A stretch of 64,000 bases of DNA from Phoronis australis. Its lineage: Eukaryota > Animalia > Phoronida. The DNA lies in assembly GCA_002633005.1 (NCBI GenBank), contig NMRA01000620.1, positions 62,001 to 126,000 on the forward strand, in the 5' to 3' direction. Below are positions 14,469 through 26,755 of this stretch, piece by piece (within the stretch, counting starts at the first letter, position 1; each line of letters opens with the position of its first letter). The position numbers and the translations under genes are program-made. The notes beneath the pieces are model-generated. The model worked only from the letters and a program-made list of their open reading frames with translations. It did no database searches and was not told where the DNA came from.

Positions 14469-16033
14469 CTGTAACAAAAATTCAGCGTTTAGTAAAATTT
14501 CAGGAGATTCACAAACTGGCATCAAACTATTTGTTGCCATGACAACTATTGGTTTCTGGCACTAAAGAGAAATTGTGAGTCCATACAGTCCACTTGTTCA
14601 CAAACCAATATCTTCGATAAACAACCTTTCATTCAAAAATAAACATCGTTGCTCAAGTTGGTACCGAAAGCCTGAAACAGTTTGTGCTGTTGACTTATTT
14701 TGGATATTATTTTGGATCCTAGGGTTATCTGGCTTATAATTTTCAGTTTGCTTTTGTGCGTAACATGTTAGACCAAGTGCTTCATTAAGTTACACCAGCC
14801 TAGCCAACTGCTTCGCGTTCGAATCTACATGTACATGTAGTTGGGCACATGAATAATTTTTGCATTAATAAACTTGTAGGCAATGCCTGAAAAGTCAAAA
14901 AGCACAACAGCGTCACCTGCCGTCAGACTGACATCAAATGTTCAAGCTACAGTTGGTAGTTGTTTTTGATACCCTGCTCTTTATCCAGCTTAAATGGGCA
15001 GCTAGACTGAGTATACACACTGCATAAGCACGGGTGTTCATGAGAGCAAAGTCTGAAAAGTGTAGTTACTCTTTCTCTCTGTAATTCTCATATGTAGGGA
15101 TAAAACTCCCCTGGTGTGTCACCCATAAACAAAATAATTGTGAGATTAAGTTGCGTTTTGTAAGTTGATGAACAATAAAATTAAAAAGCTTATCATACAA
15201 GTTTTGTTGTCATTTTCTTATTTCTTAAGTTTTTTTAGAGGTTTTAACAACACTCACACCTCGAAACATAAGCTGGGACAAGTCTGGAGGGATTATTTCA
15301 GTTACGCTCGCTTAAAGCGTAATTTCCACGGATTCCTTTTATTTTAGATGCATTGGGCTAACCAGATGGTCCTAGCAAAGCCTTGGCAAAATATAAAAAT
15401 GCGAATTCATTCACTCAAATGTTGACGTGTAAAATAATAGGTGAAGTTCCTTTTTCGCGCCATATTACGTCACCGCGTGATCCCAGCACAAACAACAAGA
15501 GACCGATAACACTTGTATTAAATAGTGGTCTGAATAGAACGGCATTGCGTGGGAGTGTTATTCACAGCTGTTTGAATTAAAAGGTGATTTTCACGGTGAC
15601 GTAGCCAAAAGCTAGCCAATAGGCTGATCCAGTTTGCGACTGAAGTGTAGCAAGTCGCCATGACAACTCGCACCATGACATTGCACTGTTCCTTTGTAAA
15701 AACAGTTATTGTTTACGAAAGTCACGCACCAACACTTTTGCATGCACAAACGCACTATCGACTTGTATAATAGGCCTTTAATGGCTGATTGTCACCAATG
15801 GAAAGTTTAATGTACAGAAGATAAAAACCGAATACACTGTTTGCCGTTGTAGAAGTGTAATATTTGAAGACTCCATTGAAGAAATTAATGTTACTGATGC
15901 ACGACCTGTTGAAAGTGGTCATCTTTGATTAAGTTGAAATTTTTGCCCCGGGCAATTTTCTTAATGTCTCACGGTTTCCATAGTGAGTGAAAAACAAGTG
16001 GCACTCACTTCACCAGGGCACAGTCGCACTTAC

Positions 16034-16121
16034 CTTCTCCGGCGGAAAAGAAGGAATACACAAAGAAGAGCGATACCAATCAGAAGTGCGACTCCACCGC
16101 AAATTGCCAATATCGTAGTAC
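16034..16121 (-). CDS. CUB/CCP receptor transmembrane exon
   Basis: GTTILAICGGVALLIGIALLCVFLLF then an RRR stop-transfer; strong acceptor and GTAAGT donor, phase 1-2. Confidence 0.9.
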
Positions 16122-16326
16122 CTGTAAGAAAAAAAGTACGCTTAACTGTTCGTTTCCGTGGGTGTTTCTAGCAAACTAAGAACTCTCATTATAATTTGCA
16201 TCTAGTTATATTGTTCAATATAACTGAGGGAGTCAACGAGTCGATAATACAGACTAAGGTTGAAGACGCTGCGCACAAGCTGCCGCTACTACAGCCGCCG
16301 TAGCTGTGCGTACAGCTGTTGCTTAC

Positions 16327-16368
16327 CGTAGCCTGTCACTTCGCCACCATGGCTGAGTTCGTCTGGAT
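16327..16368 (-). CDS. CUB/CCP receptor small juxtamembrane exon
   Basis: TTTTCAG|DPDELSHGGEVTGY|GTAAGC; 42 nt, phase 1-1; could be skipped without a frameshift. Confidence 0.65.
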
Positions 16369-16419
16369 CTGAAAATAGAACGACTCACTGTAGCTCGATA
16401 ACATGTCGGTGAACACTCT

Positions 16420-17440
16420 ACTTTCACATTCATATCTTGTCTGTAAATTCTGGATTAGCGGTGTCCTGACACCATCGTCTTCCCCGGTTACGCCAACGTA
16501 AGACTACGTCAGGGTAGCGTAATAGACCCCCACTTCTTTTTACTCTACATCAATGGTCTTCCAGACTCGGCAAACTCTAAGCGTTCTTATGTTTTGACGA
16601 TACTGCAATCTTCTATCCATTCCAAAAAGAAACATTTTCGGTACTCCTTATGATTACAAATTGATCTGGACCTGCACATATTTCTAGGGTCCTACTTAAT
16701 CTTAATTATTTTTTGTCCCATACTTATTGGTATCTCATGTACCAATCAGTGGGTCCAGCAACATTTCTTCAATCTTATAGACTACAAGCCATAACAAGTG
16801 CATACAAGGGACCCAATGCATTAAAGCTCTATACAACGTTCACTGCAACAACTGGCAACCCCTCGCACAATCCACTTATACTTCTAAAGTCTAAAAAATA
16901 TCATTGTAAAAGTATTCAAGCAAAAAACTTTTTGACATCTCTAAACGACAGCGTGCTAGATCCGGCCTGGGCCACAAGTAACCTATACTCTCTCCCACCT
17001 CCATTCAGAAAGGCTGTAAACAGCTCCACCTTTACGACTGGCATTGACAACCGCAATTCTCTTCCGACTAAAGCACCGCATTCAATCAATCACCTCAACA
17101 GTCTCTCTAAAGCATTGCTCCCGAACAGCGTACAGCCGTTCCAGACTTACCAAACCTATTTAACTGCATTACTTCAATTTCCCAATAACTAATTTCCTTC
17201 CATTGCACGGTAAACGAAGCTCAGACCGCGATTTTTTTTCAAAAATACCTAATGTTTATTCCGAACTACCAAAAGTGCTTGACGGTTCTAACACCTGCTG
17301 GTACACACTGGGCTGCTACTCTATAAACGAGTCACTCCAACAAAACATTGCCCCAGTATGCCTTAACGTGAATAGAGCAGTTCTAGGTGGACGACATTCG
17401 TTTCCTACAGATGTGTAAGTCGCCCAAAGCTTAATTAAGT
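16420..17440 (+). mobile_element. Heavily decayed non-LTR retrotransposon RT fragment (CR1/L2/Jockey-like); boundaries approximate
   Basis: Around 16507-16605 reads RQGSVI...LLYINGLPD...DDT, a degenerate PQGSVLGP.LF.LYINDLP...FADDT; many frameshifts; antisense within an intron. Confidence 0.7.
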
Positions 17441-18618
17441 AACGCTTGCCGATATGACATATTTCACTTGTAACATGTTCCAAGTTTATTAGCATTGATG
17501 ACAGTGTAGTGCTAACGCTTACATCGTATAATTTTCATTCGACAATAGCGAAGACAACATCTTTGATATTTCAAGTCAGCTTGAAGAAATCTTAACCCAC
17601 TTTTCATCAAACGGGGCATTTAAGGACTGCATTCCGTAGAAGTAAGAAGCCGTTGGAACTGCAATAACCTCCAAGTTCTCGAAATAAATCATTTTATATG
17701 CGCTAACTGCGAAGCGATACCGATCATTATGCATTGCAAGCGAAGCACTACGCCTTTTTCTAGGCATCTAAGAAATGACGCCCTGTTTATCACTCCTTTA
17801 GTACTTTTGTTTCCGTTTTATAGATCTTCAAAAGTTTTCTGAAGGAAAGATGAGAGAACAAAGAGTGCAAAACTTGACGCAATGTAAATACAGGCATCTG
17901 CTGCAACCTCATTAAATGAGCATCAGGTGACCCACGATGTTAATTATAACATAATCAAACTATAGGTGCAATGAAATAGTGTTACTGGTTACTAACTATG
18001 TTTTTTTCTTTCTTATCCCATGAATCTCAAAATTTGTTTTGCTGTACATATAATTTAGAAAAATTGCCGCTATTAACCATCGTTGCAGAGAACAAAAGTG
18101 CTTGACTTGAACACCAAGCACAACGTGTTGTGCAGCTGCAGCGCCGATGCCGAGGATTTCTTAAAAGCTTGATGTGACAAGGCCGAGAACAAGTGAAGGA
18201 ACTTTTCTATGCGTATGCTTTCAACGAAGAACACATAAGTTGAAGGAAAAGGACTTCTTCTGTGGACCACGCAAAAGAGTCAACTCGGCAAAGTGTGTAA
18301 ATCTAGTGCTCTTCTTGTTTTCTGCAGTCAGAGGCAACTTTATAGCATTTTTCTAAGTTTTGTGAGTTTGAAAAGCAACGTTAAGATTCCAGGAGTACTA
18401 AAACACCATTTACATTTAGTATAGTAAAACTATTCTCTGTTATCTATATTTCTGAGCGTTTTTGTCCTCAATATTGGAATACCCTACATTGTATATATGC
18501 ACGGGTGTAACCAATAATGTAAAGGAGCAAAAGCTTCACACTGAAACACACAGTTTTAACCAAAATATTGCTTCACTACACCAAGGCCCGTTTATAGAGT
18601 GATTAACGAATAGCTTAC

Positions 18619-18792
18619 CTGGTAATTTTTCAGCCGTAGTTAGTATTTTAATCATGGTCGAAGATTCAGTAGAGCTCTTTGGTGGTTCCACTGTTGATTT
18701 TGTAGATGTCTTTGCTGTCTCCGTGAACTTCGGTGTTATTGATTGGCTAAACGGAGGTGCAGAAGTATTGTACACTACACCTGTAGTATTTC
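18619..18792 (-). CDS. CUB/CCP receptor exon 9: Ser/Thr/Pro-rich stalk
   Basis: NTTGVVYNTSAPPFSQSITPKFTETAKTSTKSTVEPPKSSTESST...; 174 nt, phase 1-1, GTAAGC donor. An in-frame alternative acceptor exists (exon start 18780). Confidence 0.75.
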
Positions 18793-19374
18793 CTAAATTT
18801 GAAAAACAATCGCAAATGTAAACGACTTTGTAACTCAAACAATATGCGTTGCCTAGTAATGTGCGATTTAAATAAACACGAAAATTGTGAGTTTATTTTT
18901 AGATGCATGTATGTCTCGATATTCGCCCATAGTAACCAGGAATAGGCTACTATCCCACAGAACTCAGTTATGTTTGTTGATGAAGATGACGTGATTTACA
19001 CTGCGACAGTAAATTAACAAACGATTGATTTAATGGAACCGCTTAAAATGGTTCGTACTAAAAATGATAAGTATAATTAGGTTACAGCCATCCTAAATGT
19101 ATATGTGTCTTTGTAACAAAGACGTCATTTTGAAATATTGTGAAACTCAACTGTGCGATTATATTTAGAAATATTTCAAATAAAACTACAAGGTTGTGGG
19201 ATACGTTAATACATTGTAAGATCACATATAACTGAAAGGTTAGATTTTACGATACACACAGACCAGTAGGCCTGTTAGACCAAAATTCACAGCTCACGAC
19301 AGTTTTGATTGAACTTAGACAAAGATTGATGACGTCCTTTCCCTTTAAAGTAAATTCTTAATTTGGTGACTTAC

Positions 19375-19548
19375 GAGCGCAAAATGGCGGATTTCCGGTC
19401 CATTGACCATCATTGCTGCATGTTCTTATGTGAGGCCCATCGAGGATAAAGCCATCTTCGCATGAATAATTGGCCACACTACCAACATGTGTAGACTTAA
19501 ACTGGACTGTTGAGTGATCAAGTGCCCCGGGTGTACCGCATGTTATTT
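19375..19548 (-). CDS. CUB/CCP receptor exon 8: CCP/sushi 5
   Basis: Hand translation ITCGTPGALDHS...HVGSVANYSCEDGFILDGPHIRTCSNDGQWTGNPPFCA; 174 nt, CAG/GTAAGT. Confidence 0.92.
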
Positions 19549-20298
19549 CTGTAAAACAATGACTGGCGTTTTTCGGGTTGAGTCATTGCAAAGGAACCCT
19601 CATGAGAGGCCTCCCTCACAATCCGTGTCAATCGCAAGGTGGTAAGGATCTATACATGAACATGTTTGTGCGTGATTTTTGAAGAACCCCGGCGGCTAAA
19701 TGCACCATGGTCACAAACCGTGTATTCAAATTGTGCCAGAAAATTCTTGGCTTCGGAGATTTTGTTAATGGTGGACTACGCTTAACACCTTCTCATTTGA
19801 AATGAGCTTTTCTCAAATAAATGAGCTTCGAAAAAAGGACTTAAATTGAATACTTACTAAGGTATTTCCCAGACAATGCCACACTTGCATATTCATTAAA
19901 CGGTCTACCCTATATATATATATAGGGTATACCACTAGCGTCATTCGTTTGAGTGGTCTATCCTATATACATATGTATATAGGATAGACCACTCAAGCGA
20001 ATGACGCTAGTGGTATACCCTATATATATATANGATCAAGTGCCCCGGGTGTACCGCATGTTATTTCTGTAAAACAATGACTGGCGTTTTTCGGGTTGAG
20101 TCATTGCCAAGGAATCCTCATGAGAGGCCTCCCTCACAATCCGAGTCAATCGCAAGGTGGTAAGGATCTATACATGAACATGTTTGTGCGTGATTTTTGA
20201 AGAACCCCGGCGGCTAAATGCACCATGGTCACAAACCGTTTATTCAAATTGTGCCAGAAAATTCTTGGCTTCGGAGATTTTGTTAATGGTGGACTACG
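19516..20298. repeat. 265-bp near-identical direct duplication (19516-19780, 20034-20298) around a 120-bp palindrome and an N join
   Basis: Copies differ at about 4 positions; N at 20033; palindrome 19913-20032. Confidence 0.9.
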
Positions 20299-20565
20299 TT
20301 TGATACTTATAGCCTACAGAGATAAGCAAACCCTACATTTCGTATGTCTCTCTCATTAGCATCATCCGTGATTATGTTATTATAACAAGAAACCCAAATG
20401 TATTGTGCATTTCACACCCTCGCAATCATTTCAAAAGGTCTCGCACGCGCCGTTGCGACTTCTCTTACAGGCCTCAACTAAATGTTAAAGATGACCAATA
20501 CCTGTTAGAATCACTTGAACGAAATTTACCCACACAGCAGATGTATTTGATAAAAGTAAGCTTAC

Positions 20566-20739
20566 TATTACACACTGGATCGCCACCACTCCACATGCCA
20601 TCTTTGCCGCACCTGCGCATTACCTTTCCGCTTAAGCGGTAAGCGGTATCGCACGCGTACAATGCCCTGCTCCCATAGGTCAAACCATCAGCGTCTATCT
20701 TCCCGTTTGCTGGTGCCGTGAGATTACTACACCTGATTA
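20566..20739 (-). CDS. CUB/CCP receptor exon 7: CCP/sushi 4
   Basis: IRCSNLTAPANG...TYGSRALYACDTAYRLSGKVMRRCGKDGMWSGGDPVCN; 174 nt. Confidence 0.92.
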
Positions 20740-21215
20740 CTGCAATTAAATTGTTGATTGAATAAAACACGATATTCCGGGAAAATATAATTTCAGTGAC
20801 AGATTTAAAAAAGCAAGACGTTTTAGAAGGCCTTGAAAACGATGTCTAAATAAAGGATAAGATCGATGATTTTAGTTAATTTTGAATAGAGAAAGAGATC
20901 GTAAATGCTAGAATAGACTTTAACTGCGCGGCAGTGTAAAACACATTGCCCCTACATTCGTCAACAAGAAAGTTCAATCATCTAGTTACTCGCACTGGAA
21001 CGTATCGCGTGATCAAGGATTCTTCATATTCTTACAATTTATCTCTATGGTTATTCATCCCAGTAAAAGCAAAGAACAATACTGTAACCCGTGTTTGTCC
21101 TGGTTAAGTGGATGAGACATCATTTTCCGAGTCTTGGGAAGTGAACGAAAAGAAAAACGTGGAAAATTCGATATGATAATGACCACCGATATTCTGATGA
21201 CAAAACTGTGCTCAC

Positions 21216-21398
21216 CAGAACAGGTCGGCTTCACTCCACTCCATTTGCCGTCTGACAGACACGTTCTGGTCGTAGCGCCTTTGAGGATATAGCCAGGGTC
21301 ACATGCAAACGTAACAGTCTGCCCAGTACTGTAATTTGATCCTACCTTCAACCCATGGGGCGGGTCTCCAGGGTCGCTGCACGTGCGAACACCAGTAA
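21216..21398 (-). CDS. CUB/CCP receptor exon 6: CCP/sushi 3
   Basis: TCSDPGDPPHGLKVGSNYSTGQTVTFACDPGYILKGATTRTCLSDGKWSGVKPTCS; 183 nt. Confidence 0.93.
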
Positions 21399-22221
21399 CT
21401 GGAAGAACAATGTGAATATTCATGTTATAATTTGTCTTTTTTATCTTGGAATTGATGTGCGCGAGAACAATATTTTAACAGAAATCCTGTCTTTTCACTG
21501 GATGAAGATTCTCAATAAGTAGAAAGAATCGCCCGCCAAACTTATATCCCCCCAACTGCGTTATGCCCCTAAGATGCATAGTTGTTCATAAACTATTTCA
21601 TACAAAATTAAGCAGGCAATGTACCAGATCGACCAAGTGTACCCAAGTACGCTGAACTGGACTATGGTAACCTAAAAACTTCAAACCATCATTATAGAGA
21701 AGAGAACATCACATAATTTATGCGCGTGGTGTGTGTTTAACAGTAACTGCAGGCCAGGAAAGCCATCTCCATCTACCCACTGAGGGCGGGAAATCTCGCA
21801 ATGACGTGTACATGTAACTAAGTCCCTGTCAAAGACAGTCGTGACAATCTGATATGACAAGGATATTACTATACAAGTTAACCTAGACTAAGTTAACATG
21901 AGTGTATTGATTGACACTTGGTTCTAATTACGATTGTGCATTAGAGAAAAATGTTTGGAGAAAAAGGCGATTGATCTATACACTCCTTCCAAGTTGAGAG
22001 ACCGGTAGGCTTAAATTCAAGGAATAGTCAGGTTTTACTATTAAAACTTTTCTCATGGAATTCATGAGATTAGATTCCGGTGCTGTACACCAAAACAGTA
22101 ACCAGGCAAGGCTCAACCGAAACGAACTGTTATTGGTCATAAAATGTTATCACACAACTAATCAGTTAAATGAACATTTCAGTCGGTACTATAAATCAGT
22201 GATCCACAGATGTGCCCTTAC

Positions 22222-22413
22222 CGTTGCACTTCGGTCTTGTTGCATTCCATGTTCCGTCAGCAAGACAAACGACGGCAGGATCGCCCAATAAATCATAAAG
22301 GGGCTTACAAGAGAACAATGCTAATGTCCCAATACGATATCCGGATTGTCCTTTGTTCGAGGAGAACTTAACGTGGCCATTTCCTGGAAAACCCGGATCT
22401 TTGCATGTTACAT
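22222..22413 (-). CDS. CUB/CCP receptor exon 5: CCP/sushi 2
   Basis: Hand translation VTCKDPGFPGNG...YRIGTLALFSCKPLYDLLGDPAVVCLADGTWNATRPKCN; 192 nt, CAG/GTAAGG; absent from the ORF track. Confidence 0.9.
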
Positions 22414-22819
22414 CTGTAAAGAAAACAGATATCTAACATTACAACCGACGTGGGATCAAAACTGACAAAATTATAGTGCAGCAATCATAGTAAGCGTGTG
22501 ATACGACCTGACCACATTACAGTCACGGTCACGATGTTTGAGGCGAACAAAACAGATTGCACGATTGCAATGGTCATTAATCGAATGACACGGCTTAAGT
22601 TGGAACCGAAAGGTTGCCATTTTTCTCAGATATAAACGATCATGAAAGCACACCTTAATTCTATATTACTATACGATAACTTACAATAAAATAATCATTT
22701 GAACAACTTTAAGACGGATTTTTATAACGCTTCACGAAGTAGAACGAGTTTGTTACAAATACGTATTTAAGATAAATTTTAGAAATTGTAGAAGGTCTGT
22801 GCTTGCAGAACAAACTCAC

Positions 22820-23014
22820 CTTCACATTCGGAGCCTAGCGCCGACCATTTACCGTCGTGTTCACACCTTGATATGTCCTCCTTCAAGCCATTCTTTAATT
22901 TGAATCCTGATCTACATGTGTATTTGGCGATGAATGACTCTGGGTAGCTATTGGCTGGGTTCATGTGCTGCCCGTTCGTCAAAGTTGGGAGTTCGGACTT
23001 CTTGCATCCAGTGG
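22820..23014 (-). CDS. CUB/CCP receptor exon 4: CCP/sushi 1
   Basis: GCKKSELPTLTNG...AKYTCRSGFKL...SRCEHDGKWSALGSECE; 195 nt, TAG/GTGAGT. Confidence 0.88.
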
Positions 23015-23743
23015 CTATTTGAGTATACATTAATAATGCACGATCACATAATGGATTCTGGTTGGCATAAATGGACGCCGTGAATCTAGTATAATCCCCA
23101 GTCCCACCCTTCATTGGACTCTCTATCGCGGAGGTAGAAAAAATCAGTGTATGGGGAAACTACTTTTCACAACGACAGCCACTTCTGACTGAGTTGATCA
23201 ATAATAATGAAGAACAACGCACAGTTACGCATGCGGCACTAACACCCCCTTCTTTGTCAATTTCTCGGCGTTTGCATTGTAAGCCAAAACGCAATAGTAC
23301 AAGTTGCCAGCATTATGATGACAACAACGATATGTGATAGTGACTCGTTCTGTGTGTGCATGTCAAATGGAGAAGCAGGGTACTGGCTTGCCACATGAGT
23401 TGCATTGTGGGTAAACGCCTTAAAAGAAAGCTTCTGTGCCATTTCACCACAGCTCCGTGAAATATGTGTTCAGGTTTTATCACAGGCAGTGTTACTGAAC
23501 CCTAAACAATTAGCTATATTTTGTAACTTTTACTACCATGCAACATTGTGCACCAGCATCTGCACCAGCAGTTTGGGCATATTTAAACGCCATGATCATC
23601 GTATGTGTACTGCCCCCCGCCCAGGAAAATTTTTCTGTTTTTTCCTCTGAAAATCAAGCATCTTGCTGGATTCCTGAAGTATTATCCAAGAAAAAAGGCA
23701 AAAAATCACGGAGAACGTGTCAAACATGAGAAGTTGCAATTAC

Positions 23744-23810
23744 CACGGACTCGGACTCACGACCTCACAGATAAAGCGCACGTGCTTTACCACTGCACCA
23801 ACACGACTTC
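23744..23810 (-). mobile_element. tRNA-derived SINE head (Pol III A/B boxes)
   Basis: A box TGGTGCAGTGG and B-box-like GAGTCCGAGTCC at tRNA-like spacing; no convincing cloverleaf. Confidence 0.6.
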
Positions 23811-24124
23811 ACTCCCAATTTGATAGTAAGAGACCTACTTGTTTATGGTTCACAGTGTTTGCGCGCGAAACCTACTTTTTTAATGCTTATTACTCTTTTA
23901 TATATTGTGCAATCCGTTTGTTACAAATTTGTTGTATTTAAAATAGTCTCCAATTTCCCAAAAGAAATCCGTTTTTTGTGTTGTCAATAATGACGCCATT
24001 GCTTTGGAAATCGTCTTAAGTTAAGGTTTGACAAAGAGAGAATTATGAGTTTCTGAGTGTGTCACTAAGGCTTCGATTAAAATTTACATCTTACTCTACT
24101 CAGATTCCATTTTCTTTAAAAAAA

Positions 24125-24315
24125 NNNNNNNNNNNNNNNNNNNNNNNNNNNNNNNNNNNNNNNNNNNNNNNNNNNNNNNNNNNNNNNNNNNNNNNNNNNN
24201 NNNNNNNNNNNNNNNNNNNNNNNNNNNNNNNNNNNNNNNNNNNNNNNNNNNNNNNNNNNNNNNNNNNNNNNNNNNNNNNNNNNNNNNNNNNNNNNNNNNN
24301 NNNNNNNNNNNNNNN
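24125..24315. other. Assembly gap
   Basis: N run next to poly-C. Confidence 1.
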
Positions 24316-24677
24316 CCCCCCCCCCCCCTAAATCCGCCTATGGTTTCCTGCTCAATGCGTGAGGACGAGATTCTTTACCCAAATTGCTGCACGCCAGGAA
24401 ACAAAGCGCGGTGTTTGCTCAATTCCTAAAAATAATTCTCCCTTGATAAGTATACAAGAACTCTTTGGAAGTATTAAATTCTGAAATACAAACGTGATAT
24501 GAATTCCGAAATATAACGAATTTCAAGGAATTACTCTGACAAACCCAAGAGCGGAGGTAGTTACCAGTTTTTCAAAATTGGTGTTATGCCGATACCAATG
24601 ACGATACAACATCGAGTATAACGTACAGTTATCAACTTAGAAATCCGATGTGATTGATTTTTAGCTCTGAAGGACCC

Positions 24678-24785
24678 TGTATTCTGATATGGTGTGCACT
24701 GGAGGACCCCCACGGCTGTGTATTCTGATATGGTGTGCGCTGGAGGACCTGCCTGTAGTGTGTATTCTGGTATGGCGTGCGCTGA
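24678..24785. repeat. ~42-bp degenerate tandem repeat x3
   Basis: TGTATTCTGATATGGTGTGC.CTGGAGGACC units. Confidence 0.75.
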
Positions 24786-25035
24786 GAATTTAGGATACCG
24801 CCTTTTTAGAGAGTTGGCAAGAGATTCAAGGTTGTGGACTACTGATTTGCGAACATGATTTTGTCTTATGTTTGCTGAGTTGAAAAAGAATGCATGGAAA
24901 TCGCTTTTGACACCAATTTTCGATTTGGTACTATAGCGGTAGTTTTCGTTTCAGTATTCGCTGCAGAACTAGCACAGGAAACCGGTACACAATATGTACT
25001 AGTATAGAGCATCTAATTGATCAACACTAACTTAC

Positions 25036-25371
25036 CTCTAAAAACTATCCAAAATCCTTTGAGAATGGTGTAATAATTTGTCTTGAAAATAACTTCGGCG
25101 TTGTTTCCAGTTGTGGATTTCGACTTAATTTGCTGTTTGCCACATACACGCAGCAGTTCTGTGTTACCTTCTTTTATTGTCAAAGAGTCTTTTTCGCAGG
25201 AGGATGATTGTTCCAACTCGAATTCCTGAATCTGGAGTAATATCCGTTGTCCCTCGTCGACCACGATGGACCACTTGCAGTTCGCGTTACGCGCGTAGTT
25301 ATAAAATGGATAGCCTACACTAATTATATCACCCGTCTGTCCAGTCAGCTTTCCGTTACACTTAGGGATGG
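25036..25371 (-). CDS. CUB/CCP receptor exon 3: CUB domain 2
   Basis: CNGKLTGQTGDIISVGYP..Y..NANCKWSI....RILLQIQEFELE...CEKDSLTI...CG...GFWIVF; 336 nt, phase 1-1. Confidence 0.92.
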
Positions 25372-25769
25372 CTGAAAGGATAATCAGACATTTTCTTTTG
25401 AATAAACTTTCCAAACATGGTAATGGTAGGAACTCAAAACGTCCCTTATACTCACCCCGTTGTTACTTTGAGTCTAGTACTAAATCGACGAACGCGTTGA
25501 CGGAATATCGTATAAAGTCAAGCACATTGTAATCTCAATTATTGTGTAACGTATCACGATTTAAAAATACACCCCAGTAGAGTTCATGTTTGCGTTTTTT
25601 GCGCTGCATCACGAGATTGGACTTAACAATTATCGGTTTGAGGTCATTTCGTGGATACCGAATTTTACTTCCAAAAAAACTAAAACAACATGAGAATTTT
25701 CGACCACCGCATACTTAATGCGCATTTTGGTGTACTAAACAGAAACGACTACAAGATTTAAAAGCCTAC

Positions 25770-26135
25770 CTACGAACTGCAGAGAAAATCCCTTCTTGTC
25801 TTTTCCACCCTTATAACGTTCCAATTCAATGCACATTTCATTTTTGGTATTGAAGATCACGTCCACCGGGTTTTTCTGGTGAACTCCTTTGTAACTTCGC
25901 AAACGGTGATTCCAGGCCCAGCTGTGACAATTCCAGCCGTCAAACACTTGTACTTCATCTTCCCACGTCATTTGAATTTCGGTAAATGTCACTTTAATTA
26001 TGAAACCATCAGGAACTTTGATCCTCCAAACGTAATCCTTTTTTTTTTTTTTTTTTTTNTCGTCGCTTTCTCTTGGATAGGCATTGGGGAAGTCGGGTGA
26101 GGTTATTGTTCCTGACTGGCTTCGTATGATCTTTT
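25770..26135 (-). CDS. CUB/CCP receptor exon 2: divergent CUB domain 1
   Basis: SQSGTITSPDFPNAYP...YVWRIKVPDGFIIKVTFTEIQM..EDEVQVFDG...KGFSLQF; 366 nt, phase 1-1, CAG/GTAGGC; contains an A20 run next to an N. Confidence 0.82.
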
Positions 26136-26685
26136 CTGTGAATATATGACATAATTTATTACATCGGAGTAATTATTTTCATACAATTTCGACTATTTTA
26201 AGATGAGGACAGTGACCAGGCGCCTTATTCATTGACTTCATCAATTCATTTCTAGTGTCTACTCTCCGAACAGTGGTTTGTTAACAAAATTTCGATGTCA
26301 TGAATTCAGGATTTTTATGTTCACAAGATGTCGCTGTAATTCAATCAGCGCATGACACTAGTAATTCTGTTGAAAACAGATTTTGACTTAAGCCATTTAC
26401 AGGGTCAAGAAATGTCTCAAATTATTTGTGAGTCAAAATACGTGCGATTTCTGGACTTGGAAAGACCAGACAGTCAATAACGAGCCCAGAGATCACCTCC
26501 TAACTTATGGTGAGGAACAGTCACGTGATAATCTTTACAGCGGCACCTGTAAGTGACCTAAACCAAAACTTGATTTTTTGACAGAAAGTACCGGAACTAC
26601 TTTTTCATTGTCGTAATTGGTGATATTTTCAGGAAATCGTTTAGGAAAAGCAAGTCACCGAAAATAAACAAACTCTATACATTAC

Positions 26686-26755
26686 CAATTGTTCCAGTAG
26701 TGCCGACAACGAATGAAGAAAAAAACAGCAAAGCCAGACATTCCACTTTCCCCAT
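26686..26755 (-). CDS. CUB/CCP receptor exon 1: signal peptide
   Basis: ATG at 26755, MGKVECLALLFFSSFVVGTTGTI with a hydrophobic core; GTAATG donor, phase 1. Confidence 0.8.

Larger units (their letters stand above)
14186..26755 (-). other. Gene span: CUB-CUB-CCPx5 single-pass type I membrane protein (11 coding exons)
   Basis: All exons listed below join in frame through GT-AG introns, with phase-1 symmetric domain exons. An additional exon hidden in the N-gap 24125-24315 cannot be excluded. Confidence 0.88.

Noticed and set aside
20034-20066. Second partial CCP5 exon suggesting a sixth CCP
   Set aside because: Truncated at an N and nearly identical to 19516-19548; most likely haplotype overlap
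23744-23810. Possible tRNA gene (also 56740-56797 and 50883-50950)
   Set aside because: A/B boxes are present but acceptor and anticodon stems do not pair; better explained as SINE heads
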